This document shows positions 51,089-64,000 of a stretch of DNA of 64,000 bases, piece by piece. The translations under genes were made by a program, and so were the position numbers. The notes under the pieces were generated by a model. That model was given only the letters and a program-made list of their open reading frames with translations. It was not told the origin of the DNA and did no database searches. The number at the start of each line of letters is the position of its first letter. Position 1 is the stretch's first letter. The stretch spans positions 28,396,001-28,460,000 of the forward strand of contig CM068742.1 of NCBI GenBank assembly GCA_035084275.1. The letters are read 5' to 3'. Origin of the DNA: Hydrolagus colliei (lineage: Eukaryota).

Positions 51089-51907
51089 TTGGTCTGTGCA
51101 TTGTGTATAGAGATGACCATTCTGGGTCTTGTAATTCAGTGCGTGCGCATTCCGATTTTTTCGATATATCGATTTTTCGATACTTTGAAAATGCCTATAT
51201 TGGCATATCAATATGTAAAATATATCGGATATAACTGATATATCGATATATCGCCAGACCCTAGTCCAATACATATCCTACTTTGACAATAAGGTAAGAC
51301 ATAAACAGTTGAATTCCATTAGGATAAACCCATTCCAAATTGAAAATAAATCCAACCCTGGTACAAATAGGACACCAGATTTCTTATGGAAATGCTTCCA
51401 GACAGTTAGCTTTACTTGTGTTAAGGATGAGTGAACAGGCTTGCATCAAATTCAGGCCAAATCTGCTGAACTGCTACCAATTCTCCTCGGGCTCAAAGAC
51501 AGGCTAAAGATTTGGCTCAGCTCCAACCTCTAGTTTACTTCTGGGAAAACAGATGTGAAACAAATGACACAAAATAAGTGTCCACACCTTGCAGAATTTT
51601 CATCAAATGTGTACCCAAACCACCAACCAATGTCTGGAGACCTTGACATTTCATTAGCTGACTTACACTCAACCAGTTTTTAATCTCTCTTCTGCTCTTT
51701 TCCTTTCTATTTCATTCCAGTGTTCCCATCTCCCCCCTTTCCTCTCTTCTCTTCACTTCTCCTCTCTAGCTCTCTTCTCTGCAGTCCTCTCCTCTCTTCT
51801 CTCTTGTTCCATTGAATCCAACTGCTTTTTCCTGGCCCATTCTATAATCTCAGTCAATGAATATCAACAAGTTATTTGATCACTGCTAAACATGTAATCT
51901 ATGCATA

Positions 51908-52368
51908 TGGATAAAAGGATTAAGTTACAAGGAATGTTGCGTAAACTTGGATTATATTCCCTTAACGTTAGACGGTTGAGGGGTGATTTGATTGAGTTAT
52001 TTAAGATGGTAAAGAGATTTGATGGGGTAGATACAGAGAAGCTATTTCCTCTGGTGGGAGTCCAAAACAAGGGGACATAGTCTTAAAATTAGAACCAGGC
52101 CATTTAAGAATGAAATCAGAAAGCATTTTTTCACTCAAAGGGTGGTAGAAATCTAGTATCAGCTCCCCCAGAAGACTATGCATACTGGATCCATCCAGAC
52201 CACAAGGGAGAGGTTGATAGATTTTTTGGTAGGTCAGGATATGAAGGGATGGGGAGAAAGTGTAAAATTGGAATTGAAAGGATTATTTGAGGTACAGATC
52301 AGCCGTGATCTAATTAAATGGAGGAACAGGCTTGAAGGGTTGAAGGCCTACTCCTGTTTCTATGATTT
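51908..52368 (+). mobile_element. CR1-clade LINE 3' fragment
   Basis: Reads KLGLYSL..RRLRGDLIELFKMVK..TRGHSLK..RKHFFTQRVVEI; tail GGCCTACTCCTGTTTCTATG. Confidence 0.9.
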
Positions 52369-53073
52369 TCAATAGTTTGGTTCACTGGAAAGCAATCAGA
52401 CCTGGGAGCCCAGATCCATTCTCCTCTTCCTATCCCTGGAGACCTAAAACTTTGTATATTACCCTGATTGCTGTCTTGCCTGAAATCAGCTGCAAGGGCC
52501 AATGAAATGTTCCCGGAGTGCAAGTATCAAAATTTAACTATGCAGCGAAATGTGAATACCTTTCAAACAGTCCAAGCTGAGAAAATAGACATTTGACAGC
52601 TTGGCTTCCCAGCTCAGACTCACTCACTGGGAGAATAGTTATGAGGGGACTGCAGACAGCTTCAATTGATTTTATGGTGTGAATGTAACGTCAACGGACT
52701 CAATTCGCATCTTCAGCCAATATTTAACTTGTGTAAATCACACTTTTTTTTTTTTCAATTTCACTGAGCCAACGGATCATACTTACCATACTCATGATGC
52801 TAATTCATCCACGTATTTGAGGACAGAGAGACAGTCAAAGTTGCCTGAGGCTGAAAGGACACTTGATGGGAACTGATGACATATCGACCATATCGATGCT
52901 TGTGAAGCAGTCAATAAAAACAGCAAAGCCACCCGCACCAATGTAATCTAACCTCCTCAGACACCACTGATTGTACTCAGTACAGTGGAAGAGGAATTAT
53001 TCCAGATACAGTATTTTAAAATTGACAAGCCTAAATGAATCGGAGCCCAGAGTGCAGGATACCATCAAGGGTA

Positions 53074-54290
53074 AACAACAACAACAACAAATTAGACTTA
53101 TAGAGCGCCTTTCACGTCGGGAGGACGTCCCAAGGTGCTGCACAGGAGGCGTGTGACCCGAGCTGGGAGGGGAGTGTTCGGGAGGGGGTAAGAGACGTGG
53201 GGGAGGTCGAGAAATTAGGGGGGGAACAAAAGGCACGGTCAAAAAGGAAAGTCTTCATACCGGCCTTGAAAGAGGAAAGGGAAGAAACAAGGTGGAGGGA
53301 TTGGGGGATGGAATTCCATAGGGTGGGAGCGGAGAAGCTGAAGGCCAGGCCTCCGATGGTGGGGCGGTTCGGGCGGGGGGCTTGGAGCAAACCAAGTCCT
53401 GCTGAATGGAGGGTCCAGGTGGGCTTATAGGGGGAGAGTAGATCGGATATGTAGGGCGGGACAAGGCTTTGAAAATGAGGACAAGGATCTTGAACTCGAT
53501 CCTCTGGGGGATGGGGAGCCAGTGGAGACGGGCGAGGGTGGGGGTTATGTGGTCACGGAAGCGGGTGCGGGATAATACACGGGCTGCAGAGTTTTGGATG
53601 ACCTGCAGCCTGTGAATGGAGGAAGTGGGGAGGCCGACGAGGAGAGAGTTTCCGTAGTCCAGCCGTGAGGTGATGTACGCGTGCACGAGTGTTTCGGCAG
53701 CGTGGCGGGTGAGATAGTTGCGGAGCCTGGCAATGTTACACAGGTGGAAATAAGCGGTGTCGGTCAAGGCACGGATGTAGGGGAGGAAGGAGAGTTTATG
53801 GTCGAACGTGATGCCGAGGTTCCTGACTGGCTTTGTGAGGTGGAGAGTACAGCCTTGGATGTGGAGGCTGGCAGCGCCCGATGTGCAGAGGCACTGGCTT
53901 GAGCCAATCTTGAGGGCCTCGATCTTGCACACGTTCAGTTGGAGGAAGTTGTCCCTCGTCCAGGACTCGATGTCGGACAGACATGCTGTCAGAACATCGA
54001 TGGTCTGGGGGTAGAGGGATGAGGCTGAGAGGTACAGTTGGGTGTCATCCGCATACATGTGGAAATTTACCCCATGTTTGCGGATGACATCGCCCAGAGG
54101 GAGCGTGTAAATGGTGAAAAGGAGGGGGCTGAGGACAGAGCCCTGGGGAATGCCATGAAAAACTGTGCGGGGGTTTGAGGAAAAACCGTTAGAAGATACA
54201 AAATGTAGGCGGTGGGTCAGGTAGGAATGGAACCAGTCAAGGACTGTGCCTTGAAGATTGAGGTGGGAGGAAAGACGTTGAAAGAGCATG
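53074..54290 (-). mobile_element. L2 LINE (subfamily A), 1.2 kb with RT core
   Basis: ORF 53255..54532: GIPQGSVLSPLLFTIY..HMYADDTQLY..SRLDYGNSLL; frameshift near 53460; (CAA)n tail. Confidence 0.95.
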
Positions 54291-54539
54291 AGAGATGCTG
54301 AGTTAAACAAGAAGTGATGATTAGATTCTCTGGCACTCAAAACTAATTTGAACATATTAATTATATATTTTATGTGTCCTTTATTAAAAAAAATTAAAGA
54401 GCAATTTATTTTGAAGGTCAGACAAAGCATTAAAAAAACCCTCATAAGTGCAGAGACATAATTTGGAGAAAGGTTCTTTTTGTACAAAGAAACACAAATG
54501 CAATGTGATGGGTGATGTGGTGAGTCTGGCACCTTTAGG

Positions 54540-54900
54540 AACCTCTGTCAAGTTTTAATTGAACACGGATGGAGGTAAATGATACTTGGTAATTCAGCGT
54601 GAGGAGGAATTAATTAAATGTACTGGTCCGTAATGACCACTTGAACATTCATTCAAGAAACTGTTACTGACCTGTGTGCTCAAGAAATCAATGAGTGGCA
54701 GGAACAAACCGAAAAGGAAGCTCACACTTTATTTCACCTTGTGCTAAAAACTGAGACCCGATAATTGAATGTAACAAAATAAAATTAAAAACATCCTAAG
54801 CGGGAACTGACGTTTTTATTGCAAAACGGTGTAGATTTTCTTTATTGTGTATGGAAATATTTACCAAACCAAGCCCAGGGAGTGACATCAGTAGAGCATT
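54540..54900. promoter_or_regulatory. Candidate conserved non-coding element
   Basis: Unique, with TTAATTG, AATTAATTAAA, TTTTATTG and TGTCA motifs; conservation not tested. Confidence 0.42.
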
Positions 54901-54994
54901 GAAGGAACTACGGAGAGAGAGAAAAAAAAAGTAGGAACAAATTATTCGTCCTTTGGATGTGGCAATGAACCATAGTTCCAACTCACTGTTCAGG

Positions 54995-55490
54995 TAAACA
55001 ATAAATATCTAATGGCACTATTTGCAAAGGGAAAGTTGTTGGCCTGTACAGGAGGACGGACGTTCCAAGGTGCAGGACAGTCAGTATTTCAGACCCGAGC
55101 TGGGGTCAGGATCAGAGAAGGTGGAAGGAAAGGAGAAGAGGGGCTGGTGCCTGATGAGACCATTGAAAAGGGGGGTCTTGAGGCAGGAATTGAAGGAGGC
55201 TAGGGAGGGGATGAGGTGGAGGGATTGTGAGATGGAACTCCAGAGGTTGGGGGCAGAGTGGTTGAAGGCTCGCCCGCTGATGGTGGGGTGGGTAAGTCAG
55301 AGTCTTAGAGCATAGAGCAGGCCGGAGCCCACGGAGAAGTGGTTGGTAGGGGGTTAGGAGGTCGCAAAGATAAGGTGGGGCAAAGCCGTGGAGGATTGTA
55401 AAGGTGAAGACCAGGATCTTGAATTTAATTCATGGAGCTTGGTGCAAAAGAGGACACGGGCTACAAAATTCTGGATGAACCTCCACCTGA
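54995..55490 (-). mobile_element. Old L2 3' fragment
   Basis: TTGAAGGAGG..GGAACTCCAGAG..AAAGCCGTGGAG..CAGGATCTTGAA. Confidence 0.8.
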
Positions 55491-55796
55491 ACAGGCTCTG
55501 AAGGACAACAGCTCCAACAAACACAGCAAATCCTCCCAGCACTACATGGGTCACTTTATTAGCTGTATATTAGCCAAGACTATGAGTCTCAAACCTGGCA
55601 TAGGGCTTGAAACCACAACCTTCTGACACTGAGTTGGGAGTGCTACCAAGTGAGCCTGCTCACTGACTAGATGATAGTAGGTCATAAAATATGTACACTG
55701 TGCTACTTTGTAATAATTCCTCTCTCAAGACAACAACCAAAGGAGCAAATACTTTCTAGTCTTTCTAAAGGCATTATTGTGGCTAATTCTTCTTAA

Positions 55797-56170
55797 GAAC
55801 AACAACTTGCACTTAGGTAGCACCCTGAATGCAGGGCAGCATGTCATGGTAGCGGGTGGTGGGTGGGGTATGTTTGGGTTGGGGAAAATGGTTTTAAAAA
55901 CGGTCCAAGAGGAAGGTTTTCAGCCGGGACTTCAAAAGGGATGAGAAAGGGCAAGGTGGTGGGATTGAGGGAGAATGTTCCAAAGTTTTGGGGCCTAGTG
56001 GCTGAAAGTGGGGTGGAGGGTACGAAGGACGAAGTGGGGTGGAGAGTACGAAGGATGAGGAGGCCGGTGCCAGTCAAGCGGAGGCTCCGGGTGGTGGATT
56101 AGGTAGTAAAGAGGTCGGAGAGGTATGGAGGTGTCCGACAATTAAGGGATTTGAACACGACAAGATGACA
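55797..56170 (-). mobile_element. Old L2 3' fragment
   Basis: (AAC)nTTGCAC..GGAAGGTTTTCAG..GTTCCAAAG..GTGGCTGAAAG..GATTTGAA. Confidence 0.75.
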
Positions 56171-57179
56171 GTTGAAGGCGCCTGAAACCGTTCTTTGGAA
56201 AACACATTGGATCTGAAGTGCTATCTTTTGGGCAAGTCCTTTTCAGCCATTTAAACAGAATGCGTGCTTGTGGGAAGAGTTTTACAATGTGTCATATTTG
56301 CAATTGTTTCAATTATAATTGTTACAATACACCTGTCAGCCAGTGGGAAAATAATTTGGTGTTATTTATTTCAATATGATTCAAAGTTAATCGTCAAACA
56401 TCCCACTGCTCTTGAGGGTTAAGCAATTGTATTCATCTGACTTCTGTAGTGGTGTTAATTTTGTGATCTAATATGTAATTGATCTAATATGTAATTGTTT
56501 CTGGAGACCTGTTTTTCCCCTGTTCCCAAATGAGGAAATGAGTGAAGAGTTCTACCCTTGTGTTAGAGCTGAAGAGATTTCATCACTGATCCCCATTGAT
56601 TTGAATTGTTGAGATGACATTACTCAGTGTGGACGGGCTCCAGAGTCTGGCATGACCTGCTGTCTAGGGCTTTGCGGTACATGGAGGTGGAAACAATACT
56701 TTTTTCCCCCTTTTGCTGAAGATTTGATTTATGTGCATTTTGAATTTCCAAATCAAAAGGTCCCAAATTTCACCTAGTCTTAGCTTGTGAGACAGCGTTC
56801 TTTTTTGAAACCTATGAATGTTTCAGCCGTTCTTTTCACAAGTTTCTTCAATTTTAAGAAAATATGGTCTCATGATCAAGCTTGAACTTGGTGAAATGTC
56901 ACCAAGCCACCTGAAAGTCTGTTGCCTGGGCTCCCCAGAATTGCAGTGGTCATCTTATTTTTTAAATCTTTTAAGATTCTATGCAGAATATATTTCAAAT
57001 TCAAGAGAGAATTGGGTAGCCGTTCAACAACCAAAGTGCCTCAGGAGTTTGAGAGATGCAGTACTGTATGATATTTTCATTTGGTAAATGCCAGATAGGC
57101 ACAATCCTGTGTGTTGCTATGCAATGTGCAGCAGCAGCATCTCACATTCCTGTAAGTAGAGCCATAAAAATTGATCTCA

Positions 57180-57452
57180 TGTTTGTTTGGGATTCATGGG
57201 ACTGACCAGTCTGATGGCGTAAAATGCATGGTTCTTTGCAGAATCTGTTAAATTCTGAAACCTGGACGACAAGCATGTCATTGATCATCTGCCATCAAAA
57301 ACTTACACTTTCTCCATCCACTTTGTTGACAAATGATGGAATCAGTCGTTAAACTCATCGACACGGTTTACTGCAGGCCGACACTTGCTGATATGTTTTC
57401 AGGGTTCAACAGATGTTGAGATGTCCCAGAACCTGTCAATACGTCAACAAAC
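57180..57452. repeat. Old degenerate palindrome
   Basis: Central hairpin TCCATC-CACTTTGTTGACAAAT-GATGGA; arms AATCTGTTAAATTCTGAAAC (57242) / GTTTTCAGGGTTCAACAGAT (57395) symmetric about ~57328. Confidence 0.6.
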
Positions 57453-58200
57453 ATTTCGCTGATGCAAACATAATTGACAAGACAGCAAGCTGTTTGTATG
57501 GGCTATAAAGTGGATTGTTTTTCTAAATTATTGGCACACACACTAATTATCAACTCTTGAGAGGAACTGATAGTCAGACAGTGTTCTTTACAAGAGTTAT
57601 TTCAAGCACTGTAGTGGATGTCCAGTCTATTTAACATTATACGAGGTAGCAGCAGTGGTTCCACACGTTAGTAAATCCTGCTTATTTGCTTGTGTGCACC
57701 TGAGACAATTTCCTCCTCCCACTCTCTACCCCCCACCCCCCTCCCACATTGTTCCTGCCACTTCTCGGAAGCCACCCATGCACATAGCCCCAATCCCATC
57801 CTGCTTTAATGAATTTTCCTGTCCATGGATGTTTCATGGGTTGTTGAGTTGATGAATTTCACAAGAATAAAGCAGCACCTGCTGACAGGCAGCCTGTGAT
57901 GTGGTTGGCTCAGACGGTGCCATGTTAGGAATTGCCTGTATTTGGTGACAGATGCATGCAGGGCACCAGTTTGTTGTGTGTTCAGGCAATAAATTCTCAA
58001 TGTTTCCACTCAGTCTCTTCTCTACCCAAACATGATCCTCCTTCATCTTGTGAAAAAGTGATTTGAATATGTATTTTGTCCTGGTCTGAGCTGCAAATCT
58101 GAGGAAACAATCGACAGCACAGCCCTTTGATCATAGATTCAATGTTATGATGATTGTAACTCCTAGCTTATTTTGATTCTGAGTTGCTCCAAAAGTCTGA

Positions 58201-58465
58201 TGGAGTCCTGTAGCGTATTGGTTAGAGCACTCGCCTTGCAAGCAAGAGGACTTAGGTTCTTAGCCAAGTTTTCTTACCCCACACACCTCTGTTTACCTGG
58301 CAGTGGGTAGAAACCTGATTGTTGGTCAATTGGCGGATACTTTCTGGGGGTATTAAGCCTGTTGATAAATAAACAAACAAATAAATAAATATTCTGTGAA
58401 GCACTTTGAGACATCTCAAACATCTGATAAGACACAAAATCACTTGAAATACTTATTATTATTGA
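58201..58465 (+). mobile_element. tRNA-derived SINE, long subfamily, internally deleted
   Basis: TGGAGTCCTGTAGCG..CCTCTGTTTACCTGGCAGTGGGTAGAAACCTG..TTCTGTGAAGCACTTTGAGACATC. Confidence 0.85.
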
Positions 58466-60244
58466 TATAAGATTACTGGTTAACTGATCATTATATTATA
58501 CATTTTCACTCAGTGACAACAACAACAAAACTTAGTTATGTTACACCTTTCATGACTCAAAGTGCTTGCATGCCATTATTACTAACATTGTGTAGTGAAG
58601 ATAAAAGTCAACTTATTTTAAAATCAAAAGTATTTGTTTTTATTTACCGCATTGGGTGTTTATGGTTTTACTTTTTCACCAAAATATTGATACCTGCTAG
58701 CTAAACAAACAACCTTTTAATTAACTTCATTACCAGTCCTTCCAATCAATGCACTCTTCACTTTAGTTGGGAAGGTGGCTGGGGATCTGTCATTGACAGA
58801 AGTGAAAATGAGCAAGCTTTTAATCTCATCTAAACAGAAAATGTAGGGTTAAGTTCTTCAACCAGAAACTAAACATTCACCTACAAAATGCACCACAGTC
58901 ACCAGATACTAGAGTACCGTAAATCCTGTAAAGTAATTTGAGACATTATCCTGAGTGAAGGGCACTACACAAATGTAAATTCTTGTTGCTGTTGAGACAG
59001 TCTCCTAAAATGAAAGGTGCAGTATTATATGCAAGCAGTATTTTTATTTATTTTAATCAGCTAAGAGCTGTTCAAAGTCAACCAAACCCCTGAGTTTGAA
59101 TGCTTGACTTCACTGACACGCAAAGTGCTGAACTCTGTCAACTACAGAATGCTACTTTGGCCTTCTTTGTCTTTCAGTCCCTGATATCCACTGCTCATCA
59201 GCTCATTGCTACTCCTGTAATATTCCTTAATTGTGGAGACCAGTAATTGAGATGTAATAAGTGGTAAAAGGGGTAAAGGTGTGGAGCGCAATTGAGAGGG
59301 AAATGGCAAGAGTTTCACGAGCATCACTGGGGGTAAATCTCAGTGATAGCTTAATAGAAGTGACTCTGACCAATTCCCAGGCTCCATCCCGGCATATTAT
59401 TTATTCCATAATGTGGCAATCATAGCAGAATACAGGAGAACCCCGGGTTATTTATTTTGGTGGGTGGGGTGGGGGTTGCATTTAATAAATTATTTTTTGC
59501 CTGAACACCCAACAAACTGATGCCCTGGATTCATCTGTCACCAATTTTTAAATTTGTTAATTTGTTCTGTGGCTTTCGTATTTGGATGTCATTCTTTTTC
59601 AATCTCAAACATTTGCAAGATGTGCTTTTTCAGGAGATTACCACTTGGGGTCCTCAGAGTCATGTGACTTTGCCAACCTCTCTTACAAGGTTCCTGCAGC
59701 TTTTGCAGCTGTAATAACTGAACATTGTGAGATGGAAATCTGATCTAAATCTTGGGTTCCATGCAGTTAATGAGTGTCCAGTCAATTCTGGCATAATCCA
59801 TTTTAGATATTGGGATCTACTTTGTAATATTTCTTGGAAGATTTCTTAATAAGAAAGTATTGAACTTGAACATCAAATGTGCTGAACAATGTATAATTGA
59901 ATTTTTATGATATTATTTAATACGTTCTTCTGCACATTCCACGTTTTGCAAATGTGAGTTACACATTTCTTATAGAACAGTGGTGACCAACCATTTTGAT
60001 TGGCCAACACAATATATTTTCTTGATTAAATTGTTAAGAAATACCACAAATTGAATCATTGATTGGAACAAAGAATATCAAATTACCAGCAAAGTGACTA
60101 ATTGATATTTAAGCATGATTTTCCAATAATTTTATTCTGATAAAAATGAAGAAATATTATTTCTTGCAGCATTAATATTTCTCACACGATCATGAGATCA
60201 CCAGAGAGCTTTGGATAATGAAATCCCTTTGGCCCAGTTTTTAA

Positions 60245-60430
60245 TTATCCTTTGGATAAAGAAATATTTCTTGGTGTCTGTCCTGAAATTACCCTTTGCA
60301 ACTCAAAACCTGTGTCCTCTTGTCCTGGTGTTTTGACACATCTGAAAGTATTGTTCTTTATTTTTTCAATCCCATTTGAACTCTTATATACCTCTATAGG
60401 GTCCCCTCTGAAATGCCTTCTTTTAAGACT
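60245..60430 (-). mobile_element. Old CR1 fragment
   Basis: ORF 60245..60487 SLKRRHFRGDPIEVYK..NGIEK, plus TRGH motif in an adjacent frame. Confidence 0.75.
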
Positions 60431-60749
60431 TGCCGATAATTGTTCAAAATACATCTTTATCTTGGTAATTGTACAGTCAGTCTGCATTTAATGAAATTTA
60501 TTTACTGTTTTACCTTAATGTTGGTAAAAAATTTCAATGGACAAATATAAATTTACAGTTTGATTAAAATTAAACCATGCCACATACTGGGATTAACAAT
60601 AAAATGCAAAATTCCATGTACTTTTCATCTCAAAATGTTATTAATATTATCATAATCCTTGTAGTAAATAGGAATTCAGTGGGAGGACGATTGCCAGATC
60701 GCTTTCCAAGGTAAATAATTGCTTAATAAATAATTAGATAAACATAGTA

Positions 60750-61067
60750 TAATAATAATCCTTGCATTTGATTTAGCGCTTTTCACATCTTATCGATGTC
60801 TCAAAGCGCTTCACAGAATATCCTGTAAAGTAAATTAACTCTATATTTGTGAGCGAAACACGGCAGCAGATTGCACACAGCAGTGTCCCACAAACAGTTG
60901 TGGATTGAAATGACCAATTTTTATGATTGTGTTTTTTTGGACGGATTATTATTAGGTGTGTGGAATAAGGAAACTTGCCCAAGGTTTCGTCCTGACCTGC
61001 CTGGATTTGAACACAAGTCTCATGTTTGTAAGGCAAATGTTCTAACCACTGAGCTACAGGAGCTCCA
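60750..61067 (-). mobile_element. tRNA-derived SINE, full length
   Basis: Reverse complement of the family, ending CCACTGAGCTACAGGAGCTCCA. Confidence 0.93.
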
Positions 61068-61068
61068 C

Positions 61069-61070
61069 AA

Positions 61071-61102
<32 letters not shown>

Positions 61103-61123
61103 CAGGCAGACAGGCAGGCAGGC

Positions 61124-61158
<35 letters not shown>

Positions 61159-61159
61159 T
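61069..61159 (+). repeat. Compound tetranucleotide microsatellite (AAAG)n(GCAG)n(ACAG)n
   Basis: Visible directly. Confidence 0.97.
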
Positions 61160-61269
61160 AAAAGCACTATCTATCTGTGAAGCACTTTGAGACGTCTCAG
61201 TGATGTGATTGAGCATAATATCAAATTTCAAATATCAAAAGTATTATTGTATATTATTATTATGACCCC

Positions 61270-61662
61270 TACATTTAGCATCTAAGTATTTCATAGGATA
61301 TACTGTAAATTATAGTGACAATGGATTTTGAGGATGAATGAGGCAGCCCCTTTGCACACAGCAATGCTCCACAAACAGCCAAAGAGACAGCAATCAATTT
61401 TATCTGGGTGACAGTTGGTAAAGTCACTGGGACAAACCTCCTTCTCTTTTCGAATACAGCCATGGGATCTTTAACATTCACGTTGACAGGCAGACAGAAT
61501 CTCTGTTTAATGTTTCATCCAAAGGCTGGTGCAACACTGCAGCACATCCCCAGCACTGCATTGGAGTGTCAGCAAGGATCTTTTGGGTTCCAAGTTGCAA
61601 CGTAGAGCTTGAACTCACAGCCGTCCGACTCGTGGGTGAGAGTTCTACCAACTGAATCAGTC
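61270..61662 (-). mobile_element. Old Deu-domain SINE, near full length
   Basis: GCCATGGGATCTTTAACATTCAC..GTTTAATGTTTCATCCAAAG..GCACTGCATTGGAGTGTCAGC..CTTGAACTC..CTACCAACTGA. Confidence 0.72.
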
Positions 61663-61849
61663 TATCACAATATTCTTCTGGTGTTATGAACTTGATCATT
61701 GATGCCGGGTTTTTCAATATGTGCTCAGTCTTGTCCACCAGCGAGAGTGCAGAGTTTATAATAACCTTTTTGAACATCTTTGAATGACAATCCTGTGCTT
61801 TTTTTTAATAAGTAATCCTTTCCTGGGAAGCTCATGACTGACTGAGTCT

Positions 61850-62200
61850 GGAGTGGTGATTACTTCTAGCAAATTGTCTCCGAATTCTGGTTACGCTCAA
61901 CGGAGTTGTCATCTCTCGCCTAAAATTTGTCTGAAAGATAACGGTTCAGGAGACAAACTGCAATTAAAACTGCCATCCCTTGAAGTAGTGCTAACATTTC
62001 CATATCTTATTACAACACTGCAGAATTCTCTTGAATTTTCAATTTTTTACTGTTTAATAAATGCTTATCAGCCGCAATGTGTCCTGATGAATTGAAAACA
62101 GTTTGCGTTTCTCGCAGTAGGCTGCCTCCAATTACCTCTCACATTACTGTCACCATCCTTTTCATTACCTTAATTACAAATAATTGAACAGATTCTGAAA
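61850..62200. promoter_or_regulatory. Candidate conserved non-coding element
   Basis: Unique, CpG-retaining, with CAATTA, TTAATTA and CTTATC motifs; conservation not tested. Confidence 0.4.
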
Positions 62201-64000
62201 TAATGAGGGACAGGCTCAGGATGGTTCAGCGGGAGATTACAAGACATCTTTCCCTGTCTCTGAATCAGGTAGACAAGTAGAAAAATGGTTTGCTTAATAT
62301 TTTGCAACAGCAGATGAAAGCATGATACATTCTCAGTTCATCATTTTTAAGTAAAAATGAAAGCCTAATTCTGTGACCTGTGGATACGATTAGCATATCA
62401 TTTTTTAAACACCCGAAAACTGCTCAGGAACTGATCTCATTAGCTTTTGTGTCAAAGCTGGTGTCAGATATGCTACTGTGTCAGACAGTTATACTCTATA
62501 ACTAAAGAACTCTTACTGTTTGAGTTTAAATCTGGATTTTGGACTTCCTCCTTTCAGTGGTCTAGTGGGTAAACACACCAAATAGTGCAGTGATAAGCAT
62601 ACAGGTGCAGCCTGTTGCATATAGCTATGATGTGACATGAAGAATGGCTCACTTGGATGAGGTTCAGGGAGCCAGTTTGTGTATCCCAGCAAGTATAAAT
62701 GCCTCCATGAGAGAAGGGGAGGCAGGGAAGGTGAGTGGGGGAATGGGATGGGAGTAGGGAGCCTGGCATGTTTGCTGCAGGCCCGGAAAAGTAAATGACA
62801 GCATCTGCCTGCCTTAGGAGACATCACCGGGGATGCCAAATGGAGCCACTCATTTGCTTCAGTACATTGGTGTTCAACACAAGACTCTGGTGTCTGACTC
62901 TGCGTGAGGATCTGATACATATTAAAGTCACCCCCCACCCCACCCACCCCCTCCCACTGATACACTGTTAGTTGACTTCCATGGAGTGAAAATGACAGCC
63001 TTCCAGAAAAGATGGCCTTTTCTGGTTCTAGGATGACTTGAGAGACTCCTCGTTTGATGAATGAAGTCTTTTAAAACATGAAATAAATAATGTGACACCA
63101 AATGAAAGAATGTGACACCAAATTAAAATTTGCATAAATTGTAATACCAGTTATTAAAACATTAAATAATCAGATTGCACTGTGCAGTTTTCATGATCAG
63201 ACAATGGATTAAAGCATAAAATTTGAATAAATTAAATGAATATAAGATAAAATAACTGAATTACATCTTTACCTCTTCATCATACCTACAGCTTGCATGT
63301 TCCTTAGCTGCAGTGTATATAAATGGTGTGTTGTAACATTTACAACTCAATCCTAGATATAGCCATGCAGAGAAGCTTTAGCATAAGCTGTTTGACTAGA
63401 TGGGGGAAATGGAAGAACATTCTGCTCTTCCCAGCAGTAACGCAATTGCAAAGTATCACATGAAGTTTGTTGGTACTTTTTGTGTTACTATTTGCAGTTT
63501 CCTTTAGCCCCTGCCCTTTGTTGAGAATCCTCAGTCTCCAAATCAAGTCACTCTCATATAATCAGTTTGTAACAGTTTTGAAGAGTAGGTGGGGGAGAAG
63601 TAAATGGAATGTCTTTAAAACTGAGTTGGCTCCATGGTGATTTGCCTTTCAATTGAATATTAAAATGAAGCTGATCCTCTGTGGCAATGTTAGGAGATCT
63701 GAGCCAGTTGGGTTAACTTCCACATGTATATGAATCACACTCAAAACCCCTTCTCCTCCTCCAGCTATGACCCCCAGCCGTCTGATGTTCAATCAGCTTG
63801 TTAAAGGTCAACAAGATGGCAGCCATACTCTTTGGCTCCTGTCAACATCTTCTGTCCTGCAGTTCCAACCTCCTCAATCTGTCCTTAAAATTCTCTGAAC
63901 CCATGCATAGGTATCAGGTTCGATCCCCAGTTTTCCTTCCTTCCCACATCCAGTCCCCGACTTGGGACTCCACCTCCATCACATTGTCCATCTCTGACAA

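Larger units (their letters stand above)
50346..51263. mobile_element. Non-autonomous hAT-type element with 8-bp TSD
   Basis: TIRs TAGGGTCCGTCGATAT / ATATCGCCAGACCCTA (14/16); TSD GTGCAATA / GTCCAATA; subterminal CGATATATCGAT repeats. Confidence 0.88.

Noticed and set aside
50446-51238. Long Pro-rich and Gly/Arg-rich ORFs
   Set aside because: Artefacts of the N gap and the stop-free C-rich minisatellite.
52874-52910. Other CTGATGA sites as hammerheads (also 41342, 55151, 62084)
   Set aside because: No stem II followed by a correctly placed GAAA.

Overview
CpG-depleted, AT-rich vertebrate non-coding DNA (large intron or gene desert). The repeat content (tRNA-headed SINEs with L2-type tails, L2 and CR1 LINE 3' fragments, Penelope-type palindrome) suggests a cartilaginous fish, possibly a chimaera; this is inference. 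No complete host gene is recognisable. All ORFs with recognisable homology are transposon-derived: L2 reverse transcriptase C-termini, CR1 3' ends, a hAT dimerisation-domain remnant and an RTE remnant. The most unusual object is a CpG-rich 2.1 kb DNA transposon at 48156-50249. It has hAT-like ends but a 5-bp TSD (hAT5-type) and carries an antisense RTE fragment abutting the transposase C-terminus; a second hAT-type element with an 8-bp TSD lies about 100 bp away. Also present: a hammerhead-ribozyme core in a Penelope-type hairpin, nested retroposon insertions, locally templated duplications, old palindromic elements, about eight repeat-free TAAT-rich blocks that look like conserved non-coding enhancers, a few candidate exons and one 178-nt assembly gap. 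All calls were made by eye and coordinates are approximate to a few bases.
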